Positions 18,419 to 28,183 are shown, numbered from the stretch's first letter. The stretch is DNA of 64,000 nucleotides from Blastocatellia bacterium (GCA_035573895.1 DATLZR010000073.1:2028-66027), one strand, 5' to 3'. Notes: generated by a model not told the origin, from the letters alone. Program-made: numbers and translations.

Positions 18419-19426
18419 TCAAAAGACTTCGACAAGCGCGGAGCGGACATGATCCCGGGCGAGGAGCGCGGCACCGATGACGCCCGCCATTTCCCCCAGT
18501 TCACTTCGAACGAAACGACATCGCCGAAAGGAGAGGGCGAAGCTATGTCGGGACGCTTCTCGCCGAATCGCCCGCAAAAGCAGATCACCCACTGCCATGA
18601 CCGGTCCACCGATGACGATGACGTCAACGTTGAGGAGGTTGATGACGTTGGCGATGGCCAGTCCCACAGCCGCTCCCGCTTCGCGGAGCGCAGCGCGAGC
18701 CAGCCGATCCCCATTGATGGCTGCCTCAATCACTCGCTGAAGCGTCAGGACGCCGGCCATATCGGTGGCCAGCGACGACAGCGAATAGGCTGGATCGGTG
18801 AAGAACATTTCGCGCACACGCCGCACAATGTTTGGTCCTGAGGCTACCGTTTCCAAACAGCCCACTCCTCCACACCCGCATTCAATACCCCGTGGATCCA
18901 CCTTACAGTGACCGAACTCGCCCGCATAGCCCGCTGCCCCTCGATGAAGCCGCCCATCGAGAATGAGGGCTGACCCGATCCCGGTACCAAAACTGACGAA
19001 AAAGACATGGCGAGCCCCACGAGCGGCCCCGCACGTCCATTCCCCATAGGCCGCCATATTCGCATCATTGTCGAATACCAGTGGCACTCCAATTGCCCCC
19101 GAGAGTTCTCGATAAACATCGAACCCGGAGAGATCAACAAGGTGGGGAGCCAGTTCGATATGTTGGGTCTGCTGATTCACGAGTCCCGGCCAACCAATCC
19201 CGATGGCGCCAATAGTGCCGGCGTCCGGTAACTGACACAGCTCCGTGATGACTTCGATGAGTTGCCGGAGGAAGATGCGCGGCATGCGCGTTTCCGCCAG
19301 GAGATCTCTTTGAGCAACGATCTCTCCGTCGACGGTCACAATAGCGGCCCGGATGGTGCGGCCAATATCAACGCCGATATATCGTCCGGCAGCGCTGTCA
19401 TGGCGCTCACTCATCACCCGACTCAT
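18419..19426 (-). CDS. ROK-family sugar kinase (glucokinase-like)
   Basis: GVDIGRTIRAAIV is present, and ROK motifs include the zinc site CGCGGVGCLETVASG. It overlaps the upstream kinase gene by 20 nt. Confidence 0.85.
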   Translation of the reverse strand: MSRVMSERHDSAAGRYIGVDIGRTIRAAIVTVDGEIVAQRDLLAETRMPRIFLRQLIEVITELCQLPDAGTIGAIGIGWPGLVNQQTQHIELAPHLVDLSGFDVYRELSGAIGVPLVFDNDANMAAYGEWTCGAARGARHVFFVSFGTGIGSALILDGRLHRGAAGYAGEFGHCKVDPRGIECGCGGVGCLETVASGPNIVRRVREMFFTDPAYSLSSLATDMAGVLTLQRVIEAAINGDRLARAALREAGAAVGLAIANVINLLNVDVIVIGGPVMAVGDLLLRAIRREASRHSFALSFRRCRFVRSELGEMAGVIGAALLARDHVRSALVEVF

Positions 19427-21476
19427 CGGTGATTTCCCTCGCGAGCGCAGGGGAGGACCCGGTAGATGAAGGGACCGCGGATTTCAAGCGAGAGAGGGCC
19501 CACCGCACCTTAGCCCGGATGCCCTCATCCGGATCGGAGAGAAGGTCGCCGAGCGGATCCGCGGCACGCCCATCGCCGATCTGACCGAGCGCCTCAACTG
19601 CCGCAAACCGGAGATTGCTGTTGGAACTCTTGAGGAGCGGCACTAAAGCTTCCACGGCTTCACTGCTTTTCATCTGACCCAACGCCACGGCAGCCTCGCA
19701 TGCGACGAAGACATCCTCGCAGGTGAGCAGGGCCACGAGAACAGGGACGATCTGTTCATCGCCGATGAGTCCCAGGGCGCGCGCAGCAAATCGCGCTGTT
19801 ACATAATCTCCGGCATCGAGAGCTTCATTCAGTTCCTCGATGATCATCCCACTGGCGCGTGAGCCCTGGGAGACGAGAGCGGCGACGGCTGCCGCTTTCA
19901 CCCGGAGACTGGAATCGCGTAATGCCGAGACGAGCGCTGAAATTGCCCGAGGATCTTCGGAAACTTCCAATAGTCGCACTGCGCGCAACCGTTCCGCCTC
20001 GCGCTCATCCGACAGCATTGCATAAGGATCGAGTGTCGCCGATCCTCCGGCCATTCCGCTGACGATCTTCCGGGTGATGTGGTCCAGGACAGTGAGAATA
20101 TCTTTGGGATGGGCATCCACCTTCTCCGTCCAGAGAAGATCGCCGGTCCGCGTCTCAATCAATTGAGCCGTCACGCGAAACCGCTCTGGGGAACGCAGGA
20201 AAGCTCCGACCAAAACCGCATCTACGCGCAGATCGCGCCCGACCTGTCGCGGATCAACGAGTCGGTGTTGATAGCGGGCGATGCGGCTGGAGGGTTGCAC
20301 ATTGACGGTTTTGAGTTTCCCCAGTTCGGTGATCAAACTGTCGGCCAGCGAAAGACTGTAGACATCGTCATCGGGATTACTGCTCAGATTCTTAAACGGC
20401 AGGATAGCGAGCGAGCGCGTCGGACCGCTGGTGAGCGAAAACTCGGCCTTCTGGCTGCCCGATGAGTGAGCGGCAGCCACCGAGGAGCGAGGCGATGTCC
20501 CCCGCCAAACGGCGCGAACCACCCGCCGCAGTTCACGAATGAGCGGCCAGAAGAACCACTTGCGCACCGGAGGATGAAACGGCACGCGAAGTCCATCGGG
20601 GATTCCGCTGACCCGCCCGATGTCCGGAGCGATGGCCAGCAGGTCATCGCGCAAGTCTCGCATGGTCTGATAGCGATCCCGCGGGTCCTTCTCCATCGCT
20701 CGCTCGATCACGGCCTCAAGGGCTTCCGGAATCAAGGGGTTGAGCTGCCGAACCGGACGCGGCTCCTGATGAATCACTGCGGCCATCGTCTCCACGCGCG
20801 TTTTCGCTTTGAAGGGGACTCGCCCCGTCGCCATCTCATAGAGAACGACCCCGAAGGAAAAAATGTCCGTTCGATGATCCACGCGCTCGCCTCGCGCCTG
20901 TTCCGGTGACATGTACGAGGGCGTACCCAGAGTCGCGCCGATTTCCGTCAGGTCCGCCCGAGCTTCTTCCTCCGCAGACGAAATCTGCTCGGCCGAGAGC
21001 TTGGCCAGACCGAAGTCGAGAATCTTCACCTGCCCGCGTTCGGTGATGAGGATGTTCGTTGACTTGATGTCGCGGTGAATGATTCCCCGCGCATGAGCGG
21101 CCACTAACGCATCGGCAACTTGAAGAGCAATGCTCATCCAGCTTTCGAGATCAAGCGGCTTGCCCCCGATGACGCGCTTCAACGTCTGACCCTCGACATA
21201 CTGCATGACGATGAAATAATGTCCGTCGGTCTCGGCAATCTCGTAGATAGAACAAATGTTGGGATGATCGAGAGCCGAAGCCAGCCGCGCTTCTCGAAGG
21301 AAACGACGCCGGGATTCGGGATCCCCCACGAGATCCCCCGACAGAATCTTCAACACGACCGTGCGTTCGAGGTTCAGGTCATAGGCTTTGTAGACGACAC
21401 CCATCCCCCCTCGACCCAACTCGGCGAGCACCTTGTAATGAGAGATGACCTGGCCGATCAGATGATCTTGTGCCAC
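19407..21476 (-). CDS. Ser/Thr protein kinase with C-terminal HEAT (PBS-lyase-type) repeats
   Basis: Hanks kinase motifs GRGGMGVVYKA, HRDIKSTNIL, DFGLAK and GTPSYMSPE are present. The C-terminal repeats read DPRAISALVSALRDSSLRVKAAAVAAL / SSEAVEALVPLLKSSNSNLRFAAVEALGQIGD. Confidence 0.9.
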   Translation of the reverse strand: MAQDHLIGQVISHYKVLAELGRGGMGVVYKAYDLNLERTVVLKILSGDLVGDPESRRRFLREARLASALDHPNICSIYEIAETDGHYFIVMQYVEGQTLKRVIGGKPLDLESWMSIALQVADALVAAHARGIIHRDIKSTNILITERGQVKILDFGLAKLSAEQISSAEEEARADLTEIGATLGTPSYMSPEQARGERVDHRTDIFSFGVVLYEMATGRVPFKAKTRVETMAAVIHQEPRPVRQLNPLIPEALEAVIERAMEKDPRDRYQTMRDLRDDLLAIAPDIGRVSGIPDGLRVPFHPPVRKWFFWPLIRELRRVVRAVWRGTSPRSSVAAAHSSGSQKAEFSLTSGPTRSLAILPFKNLSSNPDDDVYSLSLADSLITELGKLKTVNVQPSSRIARYQHRLVDPRQVGRDLRVDAVLVGAFLRSPERFRVTAQLIETRTGDLLWTEKVDAHPKDILTVLDHITRKIVSGMAGGSATLDPYAMLSDEREAERLRAVRLLEVSEDPRAISALVSALRDSSLRVKAAAVAALVSQGSRASGMIIEELNEALDAGDYVTARFAARALGLIGDEQIVPVLVALLTCEDVFVACEAAVALGQMKSSEAVEALVPLLKSSNSNLRFAAVEALGQIGDGRAADPLGDLLSDPDEGIRAKVRWALSRLKSAVPSSTGSSPALAREITDESGDE

Positions 21477-21570
21477 CTACCGATCTCCATCGCTTCCTGA
21501 CGTCCAACGAAGACGCTCGAATATGACCATCAATTCTACGTATCTGGCCACGAGTTGGCAATTGAACCGG

Positions 21571-21599
21571 TTGACGACGCCGATCTCCCCACATAAAAT
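21571..21599 (+). promoter_or_regulatory. Candidate sigma70-type promoter for the BNR-repeat gene
   Basis: TTGACG (21571-21576), a 17-nt spacer, then TAAAAT (21594-21599). The site is 45 nt upstream of ATG 21644. Confidence 0.4.
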
Positions 21600-21643
21600 T
21601 GCCGCTGATTTAAAAAACCATTCGTGGGGCATATTGAGGTGTT

Positions 21644-23479
21644 ATGAAACGACTGAAGATGACCGTTGTGACTGTGACGCTCGCGCTTCTTTCCTTCCTC
21701 CTCGTCCTGGGGGCTCCGCTCCGCGTTCGATCACAATCCGATGTCGTGTGGCAGCAGATGGCCGGACCCTTTGGGGGACGCATTCTCGCCCTCGCTGCTG
21801 ATGACGCGGGCGTATTCTATGCCGGAACTGATGGAGCAGGCGTGTTTCGCTCGACAAATAACGGTGCGCTCTGGGTCGAGTTCAACAACGGACTGTCGGC
21901 CCGGCGCATTCAAGCCATCCTCCCGACGTCGTTTGGTCTTTACGCAGGCACCGCGGGAGACGGGGTTTACCGCTTCGACGAGAGCACACAGACCTGGCGC
22001 GTCGTCAGTGAAGGACTGACCAATCGCAATGTTTCATCGCTTGCCGTGACCCCATCCGGGGATTTGATTGCGGGCACTCGAGGAGGAGGAGTCTTTCTTT
22101 CCCGCGACCAGGGGAGCACCTGGATGCCGCTCAACGAAGGGCTGAGCGATAGCGATGTGCGAGCGGTCCTCGTCAACGATGTTGGACATATCTTAGTTGG
22201 AACAGCAAGCGGACTTTTTCGATCCGTTGACAACGGTGACTCGTGGCTGCCGACAAACCTCAAAGGGTTTGCTCTTACGTCTCTCGCCATGACGCGCAGG
22301 GGCACGCTTCTTGCCGCCGCCGATGGGACGGGACTCTTTCGTTCCACTGATCGCGGGGTTAACTGGACGACGAATAATGCTTCGCTCTTTACATTGACGA
22401 CGCGGGTGCTGGCAGTCTCGCCTAGCAACATCGTCTATCTGGGCACGGGTTCAGGCGTTTTGCTCTCGTCGGATGATGGCATATCCTGGCTGTGGCTCAA
22501 CGGAGGCCTGGATAACCGGTCGGTACTTTCCGTTGCCTCCTCGGAGCAAGGTGTCGTTCTTCTCGGGACCGATGGTAATGGAGTCTTCCGATTCGAGCCG
22601 GAGGAGGGTGAATGGGCCGCTGCCAGCACGGGTCTTCGCAGTGCGAGAATCATTTCGTTTCTCAGGGAGTCGGGAGGCGAAATCCTGCTCGGCACGGAAG
22701 GCGCAGGGATCGCGCGATCGCTCGACCAGGGAGCCAGTTGGACCACTATTAATACCGGCCTTCGAAGTTTCGTCGTTCATGCCATCGTCAGAGACGACCG
22801 AGGACGACTCTTCGCCGGGACGGACCTGGGAATTTTCCGCTCGACTAACGACGGTGCCCGATGGAACCCGGTCAATTTCGGCGTGACCAATCCCTTTATC
22901 ATGGCCCTGGCGGTGAAGCCACCGTATGTCTTCGCCGGGACGCTTGGTGGTGGGGTGATGCGCTCGGGAACTGGAGGCGCAGCCTGGGGACCCGTCAACA
23001 ATGGCCTTCGCAATCGCAATGTTCGAGCCCTGACGGTCAACAGTGCCGGCGTCCTTTTTGCTGGAACCGAAGGCGGCGTCTACATGTCCACTAATAACGG
23101 GGGACGATGGACGGCTGTCAATACCGGCCTGGCCAGTCAAAACGTTCGGGCCCTTGTTGTCAATGCCCGTGATGTTCTGTTTGCAGGGACGGACGGAGGC
23201 GTCTTCCGGTCGGCCAACAACGGAGCCTCCTGGGTGCGGGTCAATACGGGATTGACCAACACGATGATCAATGCCCTGACCGTCGGACCCAGCGGCGAAA
23301 TTTATGCGGCCACCGAAGGGGGACTGTTTATGTCCACCAACGATGGCACTTCATGGATAGCGATCACGGGCAATCTCCCCCCGCTGCCCATCGGATCAGT
23401 GACGGCGACGTCCCGGTTTGTCCTCGCCGGCACGAAAGGAGCGAGTGTGTTCCGCGCAGTCCGTCCGTTGAGTCCCTGA
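21644..23479 (+). CDS. Secreted BNR/Asp-box (sortilin/Ycf48-like) beta-propeller repeat protein
   Basis: A signal peptide is followed by about 13-14 tandem repeats of roughly 43 aa, of the type G(V/L)FRSTNNGASW..VN.GL. Confidence 0.8.
   Translation: MKRLKMTVVTVTLALLSFLLVLGAPLRVRSQSDVVWQQMAGPFGGRILALAADDAGVFYAGTDGAGVFRSTNNGALWVEFNNGLSARRIQAILPTSFGLYAGTAGDGVYRFDESTQTWRVVSEGLTNRNVSSLAVTPSGDLIAGTRGGGVFLSRDQGSTWMPLNEGLSDSDVRAVLVNDVGHILVGTASGLFRSVDNGDSWLPTNLKGFALTSLAMTRRGTLLAAADGTGLFRSTDRGVNWTTNNASLFTLTTRVLAVSPSNIVYLGTGSGVLLSSDDGISWLWLNGGLDNRSVLSVASSEQGVVLLGTDGNGVFRFEPEEGEWAAASTGLRSARIISFLRESGGEILLGTEGAGIARSLDQGASWTTINTGLRSFVVHAIVRDDRGRLFAGTDLGIFRSTNDGARWNPVNFGVTNPFIMALAVKPPYVFAGTLGGGVMRSGTGGAAWGPVNNGLRNRNVRALTVNSAGVLFAGTEGGVYMSTNNGGRWTAVNTGLASQNVRALVVNARDVLFAGTDGGVFRSANNGASWVRVNTGLTNTMINALTVGPSGEIYAATEGGLFMSTNDGTSWIAITGNLPPLPIGSVTATSRFVLAGTKGASVFRAVRPLSP
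21800..23450 (+). repeat. Tandem coding repeats of about 129 nt encoding the BNR/Asp-box blades
   Basis: Recurring GVFRS(T/A)(N/D)NG.SW motifs in the translation. The period was estimated from motif spacing. Confidence 0.7.
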
Positions 23480-23566
23480 ACGGGGGAGGCGCTTGCGTCA
23501 AAACTCTTCCGCTGAGAGGGTGACCATGAGGTGGGGCGGGCCGGCTCGCCACAGGACAACGGGATC

Positions 23567-24115
23567 CCGATGATGAGGTTGTTCCCGATGGAGGTTTCGC
23601 TCGATCACTGGAAGGAATACGCGTGTCGGCAGATGACGCGCGCACGAGAAGCGACGCTCCGGTTCATCATGCGTCTTCCCGAGCGCGTCATCATTGAGCC
23701 GCACACGCAGGGTCAGTGGTCAATCAAAGACGTTCTCGCCCATCTCATCGCCTGGGAAGAAGAGGCCATCAGGCGACTCGAGCTGATCTTGCGCGATCAA
23801 GGGGATCGGATCGTTTTCATTGATGATCGCCGGGCAGCCGACGCCTTCAATGCCGATGCGGTGCGGCGGATGCGACGAACGTCCCTGAAGACGTTGCTCC
23901 ACCGGATGGCGCGAACGCGGGCTCGCCTGACTCAACGATTTCAGCAGCTCCCGATCTCCGCCCTTAACGATCCCCGCCATCGCTATCCGGTGATCGAGTG
24001 GTTCCCGGAATTTGCCTGGACGCATGAGCACGATCACCTGCGCCGGATGCAACGATGGTGGTATAACCGACGACGAACCATTCGGCGGAAATCGAGCAAG
24101 GAGAATCCAGCTTAG
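23567..24115 (+). CDS. DinB-superfamily four-helix-bundle protein
   Basis: Motifs WSIKDVLAHLIAWEEEAIRRL and the His-rich EHDHLRRM are present. The start is uncertain: GTG 23531 or ATG 23567. Confidence 0.65.
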   Translation, partial: PMMRLFPMEVSLDHWKEYACRQMTRAREATLRFIMRLPERVIIEPHTQGQWSIKDVLAHLIAWEEEAIRRLELILRDQGDRIVFIDDRRAADAFNADAVRRMRRTSLKTLLHRMARTRARLTQRFQQLPISALNDPRHRYPVIEWFPEFAWTHEHDHLRRMQRWWYNRRRTIRRKSSKENPA

Positions 24116-24116
24116 G

Positions 24117-25673
24117 ATGCCTCGGCCAAGACTGATCCGAGGAGCAATCTCTGCCATTCTGCCTCTGGCCGATAGCCTTATCGCCGCCGGATCGTTTCTC
24201 TTCTCCTTTCGTCTGAGGATGCTCAATCACGTTCCTTCAGTGGATGAGGTCATCGGTTTGCTTGGCGCCGGTGAACTTCTGTCAACGCTGAAGTGGGAGA
24301 CGTTTCAGCCCTACCTTCACCTGTTCCTCGTCGCTGTGCCGCTTCACCTGTTCTGGCTCTCTCGCAACCGGTTCTACCTTCTCAGAGGGGAATTTTCGCT
24401 GCTGGACGATTTCGTCGGCCTGATCAAGGCGACGACAATGGCCACGCTCTGGCTCATCGTCATTGCCTTCATGTACCGGGGCGTCTTTGCCTTTCGCGAG
24501 TATTCATATTCTCGAGGGATATTTTTGCTTCACGCGGTATTCACGTTCACGGGATATATGGTGCTGCGCCTCGGCCTCCGGTGGGCCCAGACGATGCTTC
24601 GGCGTCGTGGCCGAAATCTGATTCCTGCGCTCATTGTCGGAGAAGGAGACCTCGCCGAGCTTTGCTTGAAGGAAATGACATCGAAACCGCACCTGGGGTA
24701 CCGTGTGGTCGGTGTGGTGACGTCGCCGGGAGCCACGCGATCCAGCCCGACCCGCTCCTCGAAGTATTCTCTTCTGGGAGACCTCAATGATCTGCCTGAG
24801 ATCGTGCGCCGGTGGGGCATCGAAGAGGTCTTCATCACGGATTCGACGATCAATCCCGATGTTCTCTTTGAGACCATTATGAAATGCTGGCGGTGGCAGC
24901 GGGTGAGTTTCCGCGTGGTGCCTCATCTTCTGAACTGCTTGCCGAGCAAAACCGCTCTCGATCATATCGGCAGTCTGCCGATGGTTCAGCTCTTTCAAGA
25001 GCCGCTTCGGGGCCCCGCGCGACATCTGAAGCGGGCGTTCGATCTCGTGGCGTCAGCTCTCGGCCTCATTGTGCTCAGCCCGTTGCTTGCCATCATCGCC
25101 GCGATCGTGAAGTTGACCTCGCCCGGACCCATACTCTTTCGCCAGGAGCGTGTGGGAATGGATGGCCGAATTTTCCTCGCCTACAAGTTTCGGACGATGT
25201 ATCCGGATGCAGACGACCGGCCGCATCGTGAGGTGGCTATCCGATTGATTAAAGGGGTCGGCTCCCCCCCATCGCCGGGGATGTCACTCACGCCGACAAT
25301 GACCGTAACGCAGAACGTTCTTTACGGCAAAGTGCCGGGGGACCGACGCATCACCCCTGTGGGACGATGGTTGCGGCGGTGGAGTCTCGATGAACTCCCC
25401 CAACTGATCAACGTCCTCAAGGGCGAGATGAGCCTCGTGGGTCCGCGTCCGCCAATCCCTTACGAAGTTGAGCTTTATTCCCCCTGGCACCGGAAACGGC
25501 TCGATGTCAAGCCCGGACTCACGGGCCTGTGGCAGGTCAGTGGCCGCAATCGCCTCCCGTTCGAACGAATGGTCGAACTCGATCTCTACTACATCGAAAA
25601 CTGGTCGTTCTGGCTCGATCTTCTCATTCTCCTCAAGACCATCCCCGCTATCCTCCGCGGGGACACGGAATGA
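24117..25673 (+). CDS. Exopolysaccharide-type polyprenyl-phosphate glycosyl-1-phosphate transferase (bacterial sugar transferase, WcaJ/EpsL-like)
   Basis: An N-terminal multi-TM region and Rossmann-like linker precede the C-terminal catalytic domain, with FRQERVGMDGRIFLAYKFRTM and PGLTGLWQVSGRN. The start is set at ATG 24117, just after the DinB stop. Confidence 0.85.
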   Translation: MPRPRLIRGAISAILPLADSLIAAGSFLFSFRLRMLNHVPSVDEVIGLLGAGELLSTLKWETFQPYLHLFLVAVPLHLFWLSRNRFYLLRGEFSLLDDFVGLIKATTMATLWLIVIAFMYRGVFAFREYSYSRGIFLLHAVFTFTGYMVLRLGLRWAQTMLRRRGRNLIPALIVGEGDLAELCLKEMTSKPHLGYRVVGVVTSPGATRSSPTRSSKYSLLGDLNDLPEIVRRWGIEEVFITDSTINPDVLFETIMKCWRWQRVSFRVVPHLLNCLPSKTALDHIGSLPMVQLFQEPLRGPARHLKRAFDLVASALGLIVLSPLLAIIAAIVKLTSPGPILFRQERVGMDGRIFLAYKFRTMYPDADDRPHREVAIRLIKGVGSPPSPGMSLTPTMTVTQNVLYGKVPGDRRITPVGRWLRRWSLDELPQLINVLKGEMSLVGPRPPIPYEVELYSPWHRKRLDVKPGLTGLWQVSGRNRLPFERMVELDLYYIENWSFWLDLLILLKTIPAILRGDTE

Positions 25674-25681
25674 CCAGGGGG

Positions 25682-28105
25682 CTAATTGTAAAGAAGATAC
25701 TTCCGCCGGAGGCGGCGGAACTCCTCGAGCGAGCTTTGCCAGGACCTCTCGATTTGATCGGCATCAGCTCCCTGAAGGAGCAACTCCAGTGCTCGACGGT
25801 TAGCCAGCAATCGCCCGAAGTCCTCGGCCCGCCACGACTCTCGAAACAGCTTTCGAAGGGCAACGGCTATTTCTATCCCCAGCCGCACGGGCCGAAGCGC
25901 TGAACGATCCGTGATGACGATCATGATTCCGCCGCACTCTTCCCCAGCGAATTTCGACGCCCGGGGTGTAAATCGGATCGGGATGAAACGCACGCCCGGG
26001 ATGCTTTTCTGATTCAGCTCAAAAGCCAATCGCTTTCCATCGAGCCAGGGAGCCCCGATCTGTTCGAAGGGTCGCTCGGTTCCACGCCCGACGGAGAGAT
26101 TGGTCGTTTCCAGCAATCCGATGCCGGGATACAGCGCCGCCGCATTCATACTTCGCATGTTCGGCGACGGATTGATCCATTCCAGAGATGTGGCGTCGAA
26201 CCACTGATCTCGCCTCCATCCCTCTATCCGGACGATGTCTAACTCGACACCGATCTTTCGTTCCTCGTTGAAGAGCTGCGCCAGCTCGCCGACGGTCATT
26301 CCGTGACGAATTGGGATGGAATGATAAGCGGTGAAGGACAAAGAATCCGCATCGGCCAGCGGGCCCTCGACGTCCACCCCGTTGATTGGATTGGGCCGAT
26401 CCAGAACAACGAACCGGATCCGACGTCGAGCGGCTTCTTCCATCGCATACCCCATCGTGGTGATGTACGTGTAGAAGCGAGCGCCGATGTCTTGAATGTC
26501 AAAGACGAGCGTATCAATTCCTTTGAGCGTCTCCTCGGTTGGTCGTCGTCGCTCACCGTAAAGGCTGTAGATGGGCAGCCCTGTCTTCTCATCTCGCGCA
26601 TCTCCGACCGGTTCATCGGCATGGCCGCGAATCCCGTGCTCGGGGCTGAAGAGGGCAACGAGGGTCAGACCTTTCGCTCCGGCGAGAAGATCAATCGTAC
26701 TCGTCCCATCGCGCGCTCGCCCGGTATGATTCGTGATGAGTCCGATGCGCCGTCCCGCTAATCGAGCGAAGGCTTCCTGACGAAGGACGTCAATTCCCGT
26801 CAAAACCGTCGAGACCGCCGGTGCTGACGCGCGAGTGGGCATGCTGTCAGAAGGAATGGCCGGAGAGGCCGGCCTCTCCCAGGCCGGCAAGGGGGGAGCA
26901 ACAATCGCGGCGGCAACAATGCTTGCCACTCGACCTCTCAGTGATGTGACGTCACCGCGCCCATCAGGGTGGACCCGATTACTCAAGAAGATGACGAACG
27001 TTTGACTCCCGGGATCGATCCACAAAGAGGTGCCTGTGAACCCCGTATGACCGAACGAGCCGAGGGGGAAAAGATCTCCTCGGTTGGAGGAATACCCCGT
27101 GTTAATATCCCAGCCAAGACCTCGCATCTCGTTCAGGGGAAGTCCGCGCGATTCCGTCATCCGTCGGACGCCAAGTGGACTGAGGATGCGCACGCCCTGG
27201 AATTCTCCACCGTTGAGAATCATTTGAGCATAGATAGCCAGGTCATCGGCAGTGGAAAAAAGTCCCGCGTGACCGGCGACACCCCCCAGGGCATAAGCGC
27301 GCGGATCGTGAACTTCCCCGATCATCCACCGTCCCTCTCGTCGTTCGGTCGGAGCACACCGCTGGCGTCGAAGCTCATCCGGACGAAACATGGTGTCCTT
27401 CATTCCGAGAGGGCGAAAGATATTTTCAGACGCAAACACATCGAGCGGCTGGCCTGAGACGCGTCGGACCAGTTCGCCCAAAACAATATACCCGACATCG
27501 CTGTAGATGAACCGGGTTCCCGGTTCGACGATCGGGGCAAGCTGATAGATTCGCTTCATTGCCTCGACGGGACCGTCTCGGTAGTCGTCCAGATCATTGT
27601 CGGCAATGAGCCCGCCCCGATGAATGAGCAGTTGCTCGACGGTGATTCGCTGCTTTCCGTTTTGACCGAATTCAGGGATGTAACGGGCCACCGGATCACC
27701 CAATCGCACTTTACCTCGTTCGACGAGAATCAGCACAGATGTCGCCGTCGCCACGACCTTGGTCAACGAGGCCAGATCGAAAATCGTATCTACGGTCATC
27801 GGGACGCGCTCCGGTTCGACAGCTCGAGAGCCGAGCGCCTTGCGATAAACAATGCGACCTCGTCGTCCAACGGCGATCACAGCTCCCGGCAGTTCCTTTC
27901 GGCTAATGGCCTCTTGAACGACATGGTCAATTTCGCTCAGGCGCTCGGCCGACATCCCGACCGCTGCCGGTGGTGCGAACGTTAACTCCCCAGCTTTTGG
28001 TCTTTGAGCCGCCGGCTGAACCGGTTGATACAGTAGGACAATCAAAAGGACTCTCCCGACTCCGCTCACCCATCGTTTCATGGCATCTCCGAAAAATCTC
28101 TTCAA
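25682..28105 (-). CDS. Fusion protein: N-terminal beta-lactamase-fold serine hydrolase (AmiE/AmpH-like) plus C-terminal DUF1343 (NamZ-type exo-beta-N-acetylmuramidase family)
   Basis: The N-terminal half has S-x-x-K (DLASLTKV), YSD and HTG motifs. The C-terminal half has GIDVL...RIGLITNHTG...LFSPEHG...VFDIQDIGARFYTYI...LDRPNP. A signal peptide is present. Confidence 0.85.
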   Translation of the reverse strand: MKRFFGDAMKRWVSGVGRVLLIVLLYQPVQPAAQRPKAGELTFAPPAAVGMSAERLSEIDHVVQEAISRKELPGAVIAVGRRGRIVYRKALGSRAVEPERVPMTVDTIFDLASLTKVVATATSVLILVERGKVRLGDPVARYIPEFGQNGKQRITVEQLLIHRGGLIADNDLDDYRDGPVEAMKRIYQLAPIVEPGTRFIYSDVGYIVLGELVRRVSGQPLDVFASENIFRPLGMKDTMFRPDELRRQRCAPTERREGRWMIGEVHDPRAYALGGVAGHAGLFSTADDLAIYAQMILNGGEFQGVRILSPLGVRRMTESRGLPLNEMRGLGWDINTGYSSNRGDLFPLGSFGHTGFTGTSLWIDPGSQTFVIFLSNRVHPDGRGDVTSLRGRVASIVAAAIVAPPLPAWERPASPAIPSDSMPTRASAPAVSTVLTGIDVLRQEAFARLAGRRIGLITNHTGRARDGTSTIDLLAGAKGLTLVALFSPEHGIRGHADEPVGDARDEKTGLPIYSLYGERRRPTEETLKGIDTLVFDIQDIGARFYTYITTMGYAMEEAARRRIRFVVLDRPNPINGVDVEGPLADADSLSFTAYHSIPIRHGMTVGELAQLFNEERKIGVELDIVRIEGWRRDQWFDATSLEWINPSPNMRSMNAAALYPGIGLLETTNLSVGRGTERPFEQIGAPWLDGKRLAFELNQKSIPGVRFIPIRFTPRASKFAGEECGGIMIVITDRSALRPVRLGIEIAVALRKLFRESWRAEDFGRLLANRRALELLLQGADADQIERSWQSSLEEFRRLRRKYLLYN

Positions 28106-28183
28106 GCCCGTTACGGGCGGAACGCAGGTTTTCTCGTATCTGCGCTCGCCGGGGGAAGCTCTAAGCTCGGTGGCGCCGCGCGT

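Noticed and set aside
22451-23140. 229-aa minus-strand ORF, and several other ORFs inside 21644..23479.
   Set aside because: They are antisense or alternative frames of the BNR-repeat gene. The repetitive GC-rich sequence keeps the frames open.
24012-24116. N-terminal extension of the sugar transferase ORF.
   Set aside because: It overlaps the 3' end of the DinB-like gene in another frame. The ATG at 24117, directly after the DinB stop, gives a sensible membrane N-terminus.
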